NCBI RefSeq assembly: GCF_001194135.2
Contig: NC_068984.1
Coordinates: 100,011,948 to 100,075,947 of the forward strand
DNA length: 64,000 nucleotides
DNA from: Octopus bimaculoides
Taxonomy: Eukaryota
Direction: 5' to 3'
Below are positions 13,378-27,164 of this stretch, one piece after another. The notes under the pieces were generated by a model that ran no database searches, was not told where the DNA came from, and worked only from the letters and a program-made list of their open reading frames with translations. How positions within the stretch are numbered: the stretch's first letter is position 1; each line of letters opens with the position of its first letter. The position numbers were made by a program, and so were the translations under genes.

Positions 13378-13959
13378 GTAAAATACCAGATGGCACTGAT
13401 AATTCTATGAAATATTGTGATACATTATAATTGTTTTCAGCTACAATAGTTTCCAAGTAAGTCTAGGGAGAGAAACAGAGAATAAAGAGAATGTTATCTC
13501 AAAAATCATCTCATTATATTATGCATGTGAGACCTCACCGTGTATGTATTTAATATGCATATTACTCACTTGGAAATATTTTTTCTTAACCATATTGTTG
13601 ATATTCATAATCAACATCTTTAAATTATTTCTGTAGAAGAATGGCTGTGTGGTTTAGAAGTTCTCTTTCCAACCACATGGCTTCATGTTCAGTCCCATTG
13701 CACAGCACCAAGGATAAGTGTCATCTACTTTAGTCCCAGCGTGACTAATGTTTTGTCCTTTATTTCATTCACGGGGTCCCTTCAGTCTTGCAAGTTGCAA
13801 AATCACTTCAGTGCCATAAAAAAAGCACCCAGTACACTTTGTAAAGTGGCTGGCTTTAAAAGGGGCATCCAGCCATTGAAACTCTGTGAAACAGGGACAC
13901 TGGAGCATGATGTGGTCCTCTCACTCACTAGATTTTCTCAAATAATCCTGCTCGTTGTT

Positions 13960-14540
13960 TTATAAAATAGTGTATGTTATCATCAAACTAGACAGTGAGA
14001 GGCTCAAACAGGTTGAATTGTACAAGTATCTTGGAGGCCAAATTTCTAACAAAGCCACATGTAAGAAAGAAATTAGAACATGGCTAGCCATGGCAAGAAC
14101 ATTTGTGGTAAAGCTTAATAACATCTGGACCAGCAAAATTGTCCCAAGTTAGTGTGAGTACTCATTTAGCCAATAGGAATTTATGGTTATCAACCTTGGA
14201 CTCTGAACAGTTTTGAAGAGGACATAATCAAAGTGTTTGAAATGTGGGTGTATAGGTGAATGTTACAAGTCTCTTACAAGGACCATTGAACAAATGGATA
14301 GGTGTTATAACCAGTAGGCGAAAGGAGACAACTGAAATTGTGAAAAAATAAAAGTTCATCAATTATGGCCATATTCAAAGAAGTAGAGGTCTGGAAAACA
14401 TCATCATGGAAGGAAGAGTAGAAGGGAGTAGATCAACAAGCAGGCAAAGAATGCAATGGATGGACAATATCATGAGATGGTTGGACAAGAGTGGCAAGGA
14501 AGCTTGAGAATTCACGCTTAATCAAGAAATCTTTTGTTGT
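13960..14540 (+). mobile_element. RTE/BovB-like LINE 3' fragment (second RTE family), degenerate
   Basis: IKLDSERLKQVELYKYLGGQISNKATCKKEIRTWLAMAR, FEMWVYR and YGHIQRSRGLENIIMEGRVEGSRSTSRQRMQWMDNI are typical post-RT RTE motifs. Confidence 0.8.
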
Positions 14541-14994
14541 AGTGTCATCAATGTGCTGCTGTTATACAATACATAATGACAACAACTAATACAGTTTTTT
14601 TTTTTACTCTACCTTTGGTTTTTGAGTACTACTTTTTCCACTTTGTTTTACACCTGAGTGCTTACTTGTGTGTGTGTGTGTGTGTCTGTGAGTGTGTCTA
14701 TGTGTGTGTGTCTGTGTGTGTGTATGTATGTATGTGTGTGTGTGTGTGTGTGTCTGTGTATCATATTAGGGATAAAAATCCAAAATTACAGGNNNNNNNN
14801 NNTCTGTGTATCATATTAGGGATAAAAATCCAAAATTACAGGTAAAAACTCAATTAAAATCAATTTATAAAAATTAAAATTAAATTAAGTTTCACCGTAT
14901 TAAATATATATAAATATATAGTTTATGTGACAGTGGATTTTCATCAATGAGTTCATGAACCCTGGTTCTTTTTCCTAAAACTATATAGTTATAT

Positions 14995-15704
14995 ATGTTC
15001 CGTTGGATGTGTAATGTCAATGTGAATACTCGTCAGAGTGTAAGTATCTTGAGAGAAAAGCTGAACATTAGAAGCATCAGTTGTGGCGTGCAAGAGAGAC
15101 GTTTGCGCTGGTATGGACATGTGGTGAGAATCGATGAGGATAGCTGCGTGAAAAAGTGCCACACCCTAACAGTTGAGGGAACCCGTGGAAGAGGTAGGCC
15201 CAGGAAGACCTGGGCTGAGGTGGTGAGGCAAGACCTTCGTACATTGGGCCTCACCGAGGCGATGACTACTGACCGAGACCTTTGGAAATGTGCTGTGCGN
15301 NNNNNNNNNNNNNNNNNNNNNNNNNNNNNNNNNNNNNNNNNNNNNNNNNNNNNNNNNNNNNNNNNNNNNNNNNNNNNNNNNNNNNNNNNNNNNNNNNNNN
15401 NNNNNNNNNNNNNNNNNNNNNNNNNNNNNNNNNNNNNNNNNNNNNNNNNNNNNNNNNNNNNNNNNNNNNNNNNNNNNNNNNNNNNNNNNNNNNNNNNNNN
15501 NNNNNNNNNNNNNNNNNNNNNNNNNNNNNNNNNNNGGTGACACGTAAAAGCACCCACTACACTCTCTGAGTGGTTGGCTTTAGGAAGGGCATCCAGCTGT
15601 AGAAACTCTGCCAAATCAGACTGGAGCCTGGTGTTGCCATCCGGTTTCACCAGTCCTCAGTCAAATCGTCCAACCCATGCTAGCATGGAAAGCGGACGTT
15701 AAAC

Positions 15705-15737
<33 letters not shown>
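14995..15737 (+). mobile_element. Young 5'-truncated RTE LINE: ORF2 C-terminus, 3' UTR and (GAT)n tail, interrupted by an N gap
   Basis: RRLRWYGHVVRIDEDSCVKKC...RGRGRPRKTWAEVVRQDL; 3' end ...GCATGGAAAGCGGACGTTAAAC(GAT)n; CpGs retained. Confidence 0.9.
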
Positions 15738-15764
15738 ATATATATATATATGTATGTATGTATG

Positions 15765-15797
<33 letters not shown>

Positions 15798-16741
15798 GTG
15801 TGTATGTGTGCCTATTTGCATGTAAGTGTTTGTATGAAGGAGTTCATATTTCCTTAGCATTTGCTGATTTGTAAACAATGGTTTGCTTCCAGTGTTATTG
15901 ATTTCCAGTCCACCGTGAAAGGATATTTAGGTTTCTTGATACATCGATACATTTCAACATGTTACATGAGCTTTATAAAGATAAGCTTATTAAACAGAGA
16001 CGTATGTTCTCAGCTTTGCACATGAAATGCGTCCCCGCTGTTGTTTGATAGACAAAGAAGTTGTTACTATATTTGGAAACAAGGGTGGAATGGCAACATG
16101 CAGGGCATTTAGCTGTAGAAAAACTCTGACTCAACATACTCTCATCTGACCTATTCAAGCATGGAAAAAGTAGACATAAAATCAATGATGGAGATATTAC
16201 AATCCTGAGCCTTATGAAGGAGATGACAGAAGACTGAAATAGGTGATGCATTGCTGAACTCATGAAAACCTACCTGCCACAGCAGAATTGATATCCTAAA
16301 GCCAAGGTGCCATGTAAAAAGCATTAATGTGGGTGCTGGTACCACATAAAAAGCACTAGTGATGGTGCCATGTAAAAAGTGCCCAGTACAGTATTGGTGT
16401 TAGGAAGAACATCGAGCTGTAGAAACCAAGCCAAAACAGACTATGGAATCTGATGTAACCCTTGGCCTTGCCAGTTACTCTGAAGTTGTTCAACACATGC
16501 CAGCATGTAAAACATATATTAAATGACGATCACACACATACACAGGTGCCATGTGTAACCTGGCTTTAAAATAAGTACATTGCATCCCTGCGTGTTTTAA
16601 GAGGTATAAAACTACACTGGCATGCTGTCACAAAATACTACATCAAAATGTCTCTTCCAGTTTGAGCCAACTTAGAAAAGTGGGCATAGAAATTATGATA
16701 ATGATGCACTAAATGTGTGAGTTGTGTGTGTATGTGTGTTT

Positions 16742-17042
16742 GAAGGTGCATGGCCAAGTGGTTAAGGTGATGCACTCACAATTACTAGATTCTTAGGTTC
16801 TATTCCTGGACCGGGCAGTGCATTGTGTTCTTAAGCAAAATACTTCATTTTACATTTCTTTGTAATCATTTTGATAGCTGGTGTGTGGAATACTTGTGCA
16901 CCTGTACAAGCAATGTTGATTTGACAGAGGGAGTGAGCTTATGTAAACACAAGCATTTGATCATTGTAAACAAATTATCTGTCTAGTTGTTCAGCAAGAA
17001 ATTGCAGAACCCTCATCCATTATTTAATGATGGAAGAGTCCA
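16742..17042 (+). mobile_element. tRNA-derived SINE family E (related copy at about 62670-62910)
   Basis: Head TGGCCAAGTGGTTAAGG...GGTTCTATTCC; body (GTGCACCTGT...TTGATTTGA...CATTTGATCA) is shared with 62670-62910. Confidence 0.65.
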
Positions 17043-17808
17043 TAACATGTGTGTGTGCTTTGTGTGTGTGTGGGTGGGGGGATTGGGTGTGTGTGTGTGT
17101 GTATTCTGCATTAAATTAAGAAATGGTAATGAGTGTAAATTCTGTAAATAATCATTATAAGCTTATACTTATAAGCATTCATCATATATTGGCTATATAA
17201 AATTGTGTAGTATTGGAGTATATAAGCCCTTGACAGAAGAAAATGGGCATTAGTATGCATGGGAATAGAGGTGCGGGTTTGATTCCCATGCATACTAATA
17301 CCCATTATTTTCTATCAAGGGCTCATATGCCCAAATACTAGACTTTTTTATAAGTTTTAGCTTATAATTATTATCTTGGCCATTGCTAAGCTCGCACGAG
17401 CTTTCTTCTCTCTTCCTTCCAGTTTGTCGCATCACAGCATTCAGTATACACATATTTTTTCACGTCTGGCCATATAGCCTTTCTTTTTTATTTTCATTGT
17501 TTCATTTTCCTGTCTTATTTTCTGTCCGCCACTACATTCTTCCACATTACAAATTTAATTTGTCTCCATGGGAAGAGCCATTCTAACAATGCGTCCTACC
17601 CTAACTCTTCAAAACACTTGGTTTTAGAATGGTGGCAGCTGATGAAAGAAATGTTCTCTATGTGGCCTGTGTGTTTTCTGTGCTCTGTTTATCATTCTGT
17701 CCACGTTTTTTTGCAACGTCCTGTACCCAGATATGCATCTATATATACATGTAGATGTAGGTATCTACATACATGTACGTATATATGCATATACTCACAT
17801 ATTATTTG

Positions 17809-17842
<34 letters not shown>

Positions 17843-18264
17843 AGAGAGAGAGAAAGAGAGAGAGATGCAAAACATGACTGAGTGGTTAAAAATTTCATTC
17901 TTTAGGTCATGGTTTTAGATGCAGTGCCATTACACCACAGCTTGAGCAAGTGTTTTTATTATAACACTGAGTTGAGCAACACTCTATGAGTGAATTTCAG
18001 TGTTGGAAGTTGCAGGAAGCCATTTATGTGTGTGTGTGTGTGTGAATTTCTCTGTGTGTGCAAGACAATGATGGTATTGACATTCCTCATTGATTTCACA
18101 AATGGTTATCTTGGAAATAACAATCCCTTACTTGAGAAAAATAGGTGTGGGTTAGCAACAGGAAAAGCTTCCTACTTGAAATAGCTCCTTGTCTAACCTA
18201 TGCTGGCACGGAAAAGTGGCCAATGTACAAACTGATGAGAGCAGGTACAAACATATATTCATAC

Positions 18265-18655
18265 AAATATATTGGGTTCAAATTTTGGCACAATGCTAGC
18301 AAGTTCAGGGGATGGGATTGTCGATAACATCAATCCTCGTGCTCAACTGGTACTTATTTTATCAACCTCAAAAAGATGAAAAGTGAAGTCAACCTCGGCA
18401 GAATTTGAACTCAGAATGGGAAGACAGATGAAATGCTGCTAAGCATTTTTCCCAGTGTGCCAACAATTCTGCCAGCTCGCTGCCTTGAATATTAATGTTT
18501 AGTTTTATACTGAGTTATAATTCTTTCTGCTATAGACACAAGGTTTAAAATTTTTGTGAGGAGGGGTTCTAGTCAATTGCATCAACCCCGGTGCTTGACT
18601 GGTACTTATTTCATTGACCCTGAAAGGATGAAAGGCTAAGTCAACCTCAGTAGAG
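18265..18655 (-). mobile_element. Two adjacent antisense SINE family A copies
   Basis: Both contain the TACTTATTT...GATGAAA...AAGTCAACCTC core. Confidence 0.8.
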
Positions 18656-19005
18656 TGATAATAGAGATAATTTTACAATAAACAGGACTACTCAATACTT
18701 TTTGTAGAGTACATATTTGTTATTCCCTTACAAGAATATTGTTGACACTAACTTTGAAGTTTTGGCCTGCCTAGCTTTCATCAGACTGCCATGAAGAGGG
18801 GTGTCTATGTGTGCGTGTGTGTGTGTACATGCATGTGTGGATATGTGTATGTGTTGGCATGTATATGTGCACCTGTATGTTTATATGTATACATGCATGT
18901 GTGCATACATATCTGTGTATATGTATATGTTTATGTGTTTGTTTGTATATATGCATGTGTATGTATGCATGTGTATGTATGCACATATGTATGTGTGTAT
19001 GTATG

Positions 19006-19046
<41 letters not shown>

Positions 19047-20140
19047 GTGTGGATGATATATGTGTGTGTGTGTTTATTTGTGTACATATTTCAGATAGTG
19101 TTGTGATGAGTTGAAACATTGGAACCTTTGGTATTATTACATCATAAGAATAATCTTAATTATCTTTAAAACTTCTGGCATTACCATATCAGACTATAAT
19201 TATTGATTCTTGTAATATTTACTGCGATAATGTCAAGATAGGTTTGTTGTTATGATGGGTGTTACAACATAAGTAGAGCATCCACAGAAATGATATTAGT
19301 GTTATCATGATATCAGTGTATAGAATATTGGTATCATAGAAACTTTTGGTGTTACCATATCAAAATAGAGTTATTGATTCTTGTAATACTTGGCATCATA
19401 ATGTCAAGATAGATTTCTTATTGTTGTTGGTGGCTGGTTTCCCCTCCAGGTCATCTTTGATCAAACAGACAGTGATCAAAGATGTTCCAGCTAGTCTTTT
19501 TTTTTTTTTGTTACTTCTACACATCTTGTATCTAGGAATACATTATCGTATGTACTTATCTTGTGGTTGTTTGTCCTAAAGTCAATCCTGAGATGCAACA
19601 GACCTTCTTGCTTGTTTTTTTTTTTCTTTTTCCACGCAGAGCATATCTCAGATTGCATTTTCCAATGTGTCCTTCCTTATTTTAAGAGTATAACATATGA
19701 GTTAATAGAGATTTAGCTGCTGCTTCTAACTGGTCAAGTGAACATGTAGACCAGCATTTCTCAACTGAGGTTTCCTGGAACCCTAGGGTTCTGCAAAAGG
19801 TTCCTAGGGGTTCTGTGAGAAAGAGTGAGATAAGCTAATGCTAATTTCATGTCAGGCAGCTAAAATAACATCCCTGCATTTTAAGTTTCAGTTCAAGTTG
19901 AAATTTAGGAAGTAAGTCTATACCTATTCGCCAACAAGCAAATATTACCTGTAATTCATAAATATATAATATTACCTGTAATATTTTATATATTATAGAT
20001 ACAATATTACCTGTAATTCATAAATATACATATATACAGGTTAGAGCCACTCATTAGCACAACCAATCACAGTATGCTGACTGGAATATGATTAGAGAGA
20101 CTTATCTCTGTCAGTTTGCAGCACTACGCTTCTCCAGTGT

Positions 20141-20188
20141 CTGATGCTGAAGAGGAGATAACTACTCTGAAACACATGCATTCATCAG
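20141..20188 (+). ncRNA. Decayed type I hammerhead ribozyme motif (Penelope-like terminal repeat remnant)
   Basis: Stem I CTGATG/CATCAG; core CTGAAGA; stem II GGAG/CTCT; GAAA; stem III CACATGCA, restorable to palindromic ACGCATGCGT by reversing CpG decay. Confidence 0.55.
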
Positions 20189-22244
20189 TTTGTGAATGGC
20201 TTTCTCACAGGTTCAAACATGCCTCATGCATATTTGAACTGATAACAAGTTTATGCATATGTATATATTTGTATATATGCATGTATGTACATATGGGTTT
20301 CTGTACAGTTCCCACCAGCTGAACCCCACTGAAGGCTTGGCCAATTTGATTTTGCAGTGGAAAACATATGACCAAGTTGTCACACAAGGGATGGAACACT
20401 AAACCACATGGTTTAAATAAAACTTCTTAATCACTCAGCCATGTACACATATACTGCTCCCCCCCACACACACACAGTACCAGGTAGTATGGGATAGATT
20501 TGCTGATGCCACCAGAGGCATGATATAAGAAGAGCATCTCTATGAATGACACTGGTGTTATCATGATATCAGTGCATGGGAATAGTATTGGCATTGTTGC
20601 CTTTAACTATGATGTCTCTGAAGAGAAATAATAATAAAAATAATAATGATAATGATGATGATGATGATAGCTGAATATCCTTTTAGACAAAAGGTTTGAT
20701 ATCTCTTTTGGGAATGGTGGTGGTGGTGGTGAACTGAAGTGATATCTAACTATGCCGTATTCCTGAGTGATATTAATGCTAGCTTCTGGCTGAATAGAAA
20801 GAGAAAAAGTGTTAAAAACAAGAAACAAAAACAAACCAACAAAGACACAGGGAATAAAAGGAATCATGATAACAACCACAATAACAACAGAAACAATAAT
20901 AGCATCAATATCAATAGTAACTTTGGAATTGGTTTCTGTGAAAATGAATGTTCTCTCTTGCTTCTGTGACAAATAATTGTCCATACGTAGCTTTTTACTA
21001 CAGATATTCTTAATACCTGAATTATCTCAATAAAATTATTGGTTTCTATTCACGGCTTGCGTATAATAATGGCTACATTTATTCTGTGCACAACTAGAAT
21101 TTATTTTCTACACAATCCATATATTTACCTTATTTTTTGTATTTGGATTCTTTTAGGGTTTTTGTTTTTTTGTTTTGTTTTTGTTCTTTTTTTGTTTGTT
21201 TGATTATTTTGCACAGATTCATATGTATTTAAAATTTATTCTGCGTTAATAATTTCAATTTTCCAAAGTAAAACATTTCCCACCATGAAAACCATCCTCC
21301 CAATAAGTACATGAATGTTTATAGCATATGTATGTATTTATATGTATGTGTGTGTGAACATTGAATGTAAAGACATCACTGTAGACAAGGAAGAATAAAG
21401 AGAACTTGCAAATGTGTGTGTGAGTGTGTGACTGCATATGTATGCATAATTGTGCATCTGTGTGTGTGTGTGTATAAAATTATGTTATTCTTATATTACT
21501 GTTCACTCCTCCATGCCATCCTGGGTCAGATGAAATTCATTGAAGCAGATTTTCTAAACTTGAATGTTCTTTCTGTCACCAACACTCACCTGCTTTCATT
21601 AAGGTAATATTTCCCTAAGTCTTCCAAATGCAAACAACTCAATGGCTGGACAGATTTTTATGGAAGCTGGCAAACAAACAAACATTTCTTGTATAATTGT
21701 GATGTTTAATTACAATTACTGCATCATGTCAAGACAAGGAGAAACAAACACACTTCTGCATGAATACATATCTACATATATGCATGCATACATAACATGC
21801 ACTAGGAGTATGCCACTAGGTGGCTTTAGGTAAAGAGAGCTGACCACTGGTTTGCTGTTATTGGGAGGCAAGCTAGGATTTGATCAACTCTAGCTAGGTT
21901 GACTGGGTGGCAGGATCTGAGGTTGAAAGACCCAAAACTCTTGAGACCCCCAAAACATCACTGATGATGCACCTCAGAGGATCTGCAAGATGTATTTTAA
22001 AACTAAACAGACATATTTGTGTATGTAACGTCTGTTTTCCATGCTGGCATGTATTGCACCAGGTTCCATTGTCTGTTTTGGCATGGTTTCTATAGCAGAA
22101 TGTAACACCAACCATTTTACAGAGTATACGGAGTGCATTTTATGTTGCACCAGCACCACTGCTTTTTACATGGCACCAGCACCACTGCTTGTGAAATTAA
22201 TGTGCAAGTGGCTAACCACTCCACAGGCACACATATCCTTAATG

Positions 22245-22450
22245 TAGTTCTCAGGGAGATGTAGCATGACACAGAATGTAACAAGACAGGCCCTTTGAAA
22301 TACAAGTACTACTCCTTTTAGCTAGCTGAGTGGACTGGAACAATGTGAAATAAAGTGTCTTGCTGAAGGATACAATGTACCACTGGAAATCGAACTCATG
22401 GCCTTACGATCGTGAGGGGAATACCCCAACTGCTAAGCCATGTACCTTCA
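22245..22450 (-). mobile_element. Old antisense SINE related to family B
   Basis: Reverse complement matches the family B segment TTCAAAGGG...CTTGTCACA...GAGAACTACGTTAAGG; tRNA-like head at the right end. Confidence 0.65.
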
Positions 22451-23262
22451 CGGCTACCCCAACTGCTAGCCATATACAAATATAAATAGAACATACTAAT
22501 AATTCTTATGGGCCTCTCTGTCTTGTGAAAACATCAGACTTGGGTCAGTAATGTTGTCCATTGGTCAAGATCAGCCATTTCCCAAGTATCCGTGTTTGCT
22601 TTTTCTATGTCACCAATGTTGCATGACATAAAAGTCATGGATTGATACAGAATGGCTCCAGTGTCATTGCAGAGGCTGCTATCAGAACCCCAAGGGCTGC
22701 AACAAATACCACCAGGCATCTTTTCAATGTTTTGAGAATTCAGTTAGTCCACAATCCTGCACTGGTAATTTATTTATTGACTTCCAAAAGATGGAAGGCA
22801 AAGTTGACCTTAGCATCATTTGAACTTAGTATGCAGACAGCTAAAATATAATGCAAGGCAGTCTATCCAGTGATTTAATAACTCTGCCATGTGTGTGTGT
22901 GTATGAGAGAGAGAGAGAGAGTGTGTCCATTGTTGCTGGCAGCAGCAGTCCTCATTGTATTCCTCATCATTATTTCTATGCCGGCATGAGTTGGACAGGT
23001 TATTTCTCAATGGTTCAGAGGGCTACACCATGCCCAAAAGTAGCGTTTTGGTTTGGTTTCTACAATTGGATACCTTTCCTAGCACTACCCACTTTACAGA
23101 GTATACTGGACTACATTTTATCATGGCATCAGCACTAGAGAGGTTGTCATATCTTCAATAAAACAGAAAGGTTTTTCTCCAGTGTCTTGTGCTCATCTTA
23201 TCAGTTAACTAGCACTAGGGACAATTGCAATGACCTTGACAAGATTAAAGGAAACCCTCTTA

Positions 23263-23598
23263 GTACCGCCTGACTGGCCTTCGTAGGATTTTCGAGCGAG
23301 ATCATTGCCAGTGCCCCTGGACTGGCTCCTGTGCGGGTGGCACATAAAATACACCATTTTGAGCATGGCCATTGCCAGTACCACCTGACTGACCTTCGTG
23401 CGGGTGACACGCAAAAGCACCCACTACACTCTCTGAGTGGTTGGCGTTAGGAAGGGCATCCAGCTGTAGAAACTCTGCCAAATCAGATTGGAGCCTGGTG
23501 TTGCCATCCGGTTTCACCAGTCCTCAGTCAAATCGTCCAACCCATGCTAACATGGAAGGCGGACGTTAAACGACGATGATGATGATGATGATGATGAT
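23263..23598 (+). mobile_element. RTE 3'-UTR-only insertion with (GAT)n tail
   Basis: The last ~200 nt are nearly identical to 15536-15737; contains the hairpin-bearing subrepeat units. Confidence 0.85.
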
Positions 23599-25463
23599 TT
23601 ACAGAATGTACTGGATGCATATTATCATGACATCTACACTAGGAAAGATACTTTATATCTCACACAATTGGAGAATAGGTGTGTGTATGAAGGTAAGCAT
23701 GCATATGTGCGTGTATATATGCATACACATGCACATGCGTATAGAGATATACAGGAAACTAGATAAACCATTATCATTTTTACACAGCTTGTTTTTCTAC
23801 CATGCTGTCATGCTTTGGAAGAGACTTTTTGAGATAGTATTTCACAGCTGGAATATATTCTTTACACCAACTTTTACTGGTTTTCAAATAAGGGGCTTTA
23901 ATCTACTGCTTTTTTACATCTTGAAACACTGAGTTGCAGGGCATAAAATCATCACTATTGCCCAAGTAATGTTGATATGAAGATATATGGAAACAAACAC
24001 ACACACAGAGCTAAACAAAGTTATATAAGGATGAACAGTGCAGTGATGTTGCACATCAGAAGATAGAGTTAATACTAACTGATATATTCATCAGACCAGT
24101 GTTTTCAATTTGTTTTGAGGGTGACTTAAGTATACGGTACCAATGAACTGAAATAACAGCAAAATATCAATATCTGTCATTCTCATTCATGTCCAGGGTG
24201 ATTTCTTTTGCTTAGTTTTGAGGTATACTGTGTTTTTAACACTCTATATCTTAAACAAAACACACTTTAAGTGTTTACAATATTATAGCTGTTTCAAACA
24301 CAAAATTTATCACACACACACACAGAGGAAAGGCATCTGATTGTAAATTTGCTGCAGTGAATTCCATCTGATCCATGCAAGTATGGAAAAGTGAGCATTA
24401 AAATGATGATGATAATTATGATGATGATCATATAGCGTATCCTTGCTTGCTGTAAGATAAGATTAATGGTGCTGGCATCAGAAAGGGCATCTGGCCATTG
24501 AGCCTTGTCTCAAAAAAAATACCATCCATCCCATTTCAGATCCAAGAGATAAATTCTAGACAAAATGTATTGGCAGGAAATTGGTTTGGCCTGGAGCTAG
24601 TAGTGTTTTTGTTATTGTTTACCAGTGGATTTGGGAATATCAAGTTTAGATTGGCCAATAATGGTGTTAGTTGAAGAATAACCAAGTTATTTGTGTTAGA
24701 TAAGTAGGCTTTAGATTGTGTTTGGTTACAGACAACATTGGCATTGATAGTCATTGGTGATAGAATGATAGACTGGTGGTGGTGGTGGTGGTGGTGGTGG
24801 TGGCAGCGATGGTGGAGAGGTTGGAGGATGATTTTGATGTTAGGATAAACATGATGTTGAGTGTTGGTGGTGGTGGGTGGGGGTGATGATGATGATGATG
24901 ATGACAACGATGATGATCCTTCTGAACGCATTGATGTTGCTGGTGGGAATAGAAACATGACAGGATGAAAACTGATGCTGATGTGGATGATCTTGATTAG
25001 GCTGATGATAATGATGATGTTTACTGATAATGGTTATAATGAAAGTGGTGGTGGTGGTGGTGACAGTGGCAGTGGTGGTGGCCATTGTCACTGCCATGGT
25101 AATCGTGATTATCAGATGAGGATTTGTCTTAAACATTGATCCAACAATGACAACAGCCACCACAGCCGTGGCAACAACAACAACAGCAGTAGTAGTAACA
25201 GACATAAAACCAACAATGGCAGCAAAATAGAAACAACAAGGTAAAAAGCAGTAACATTATCATCACCACCATCATCATCATCAATACCACCAACAATATC
25301 ACCATCATCCAAATCATCATCATCATCATTCATAATAGCATCATATCAGTATCATATCATCATCCACATAAACATCAGCATTAACTCCACCATCAGTAAC
25401 ACCACTGTCATTACTACCACAATCAGTAACATAACCACTAACAACAACAACAATATATACAGC

Positions 25464-25509
<46 letters not shown>

Positions 25510-27164
25510 ATGTGTGTGTACGGTAGTGCAATAATTCCCTATGTCCACACAGACGTAAAAGATTGTTATAATCCATGTTAAATTTCACTGTATTAATTTA
25601 TTGGTTGATATATAATTTCTGATTTACTGTGTTTATGTATTAGTGGTGGAAAGGGGTGGGGGGGGAGGCGGGAGGGCTGGCAGTCATGTTGTTGTCTGTT
25701 GATGTATTAGAGGTAGAAGGTAGAGCAAGCATTGTTATAGTCATTTGTTGGTACATTAAAGGCAGAAGGGGGTGGGCGGGAAGGCAAGTGTTTTTGTCAT
25801 TGTTGTGTGTTCATGTATTAGAGAAGAAAGGGACAGTAAGCTGGATTATTTTTGTTGTCGCTATTGTTTTCTGTTATTGTTTGTATTGTTATCTTTTTTT
25901 TTGTGTCTCTTAGCCATTGCAGGGTGGCGGTATTTTTGTTGTTTTGTTGTTGTTGTTGTCGTTGTTCACATTGTCTGATTTTGATATTTCTTTAGTGTTG
26001 TTATTTTCGTAACCTTTTTTTTTTCCTTGTTGTTTCACCAATGGAATAAGAACAGAACGGTGGTGAGTGGGGTAACAGTAATCATGATGAAATTGTTCAT
26101 AATAATAGTGGTAGCAGTGTTGTTGGTGGTGGTGTTGGTGGTGGCGGTGGCGGCGGCGGCGGCAGTGATGGTGATGCTGGTAATGATGATGGTAGGTGTG
26201 ATGATGATGATCATGATGATAAGAATTGTGGTGATGTTGACACTGATGGGGAGGAATGACGATAATGGCGGTAATGGTGATGGTGTTGATGATTATGGGA
26301 GTGATGATGTACTGATGATTATGGTGGTGGTGGTGGGGTGGTGGTGTTGTGGTAACTGATGAAGAGGGGATGAAAGTGATGATGATTCTGTCAGAGTTGG
26401 TAAAGGAATGGGTGTATGTCGGAGGCAGAAACAGAAGATGAAGCAAATAGAATATTTGCTTTATTACTTTGGTCTTTAATTAGTTCTTATTTTATTAAAA
26501 CCTTTAGTTACATTGCAGCAACACTGCTATTGTCTTTGTCAATGTTGTTATTGTTGTTAATGTGTTTTCTTTGCTTATTCATAGGATTAAATCAGTATAA
26601 ATTTTAATTTAGACTGTTGCTGTTGCTCTTCTTCCAGAATTGTAAGACGGCCAACCAAAATGTCTTCTGGTGTTTCTGGTAACTCTTTACATTCTGGGTT
26701 CAAATCTTACCAAGCTCAGCTTTTTCTTTCAACCTTTAATTGTCAAGTCCTGGTGTCAATGTAATTGACAAATCTCCTTCTCCCTAAAACTGCTGACCTG
26801 GTGCCATAATTTGAAACCCTTAAATGTGTTCAGCTGGCAGAATTCTGCTTAGCAGAATTTTTCCCACCTCTTTACATTAAAATTCTGCCATGGTCAGAAA
26901 TTCTGCCATGGCCTTTTATCTTTTCGGAGCTGATAAAAAAAAAGTATCAGTCTTGTGCAGGAATTCACTGTAACTGACAAAACCCCTCCTCTTAAAATGA
27001 CTGGCCTCGTAACATCCATAAGTTTCGTTTTGGGCTCTGATTCTATCCTAACAACAACCCCTTTATAGTGTGTACTGGATGCATTTTATCATGGCACCAG
27101 CACCAGAGATTTTGTCATGTTTTCAACAAGAATAAAGAGCATTTACTTGTATTTAATATGTCTC

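Noticed and set aside
14753-14842. Exact 40-bp direct repeat flanking a 10-N gap
   Set aside because: Typical contig-overlap artefact at a scaffold join, not a TSD.
15033-15650. Long ORFs containing X runs (also at 30.2-31.2, 32.2-32.9, 39.3-39.7 and 55.4-56.2 kb)
   Set aside because: Open only because N gaps contain no stop codons.
17639-17680. CTGATGA box as a hammerhead core
   Set aside because: No stem II closure or GAAA box follows.
24536-26446. His-, Asp-, Met- and Val-rich ORFs on both strands
   Set aside because: Degenerate CAT/CAC/GAT/GGT trinucleotide tracts are open in several frames at once; no domain or credible exon boundaries.
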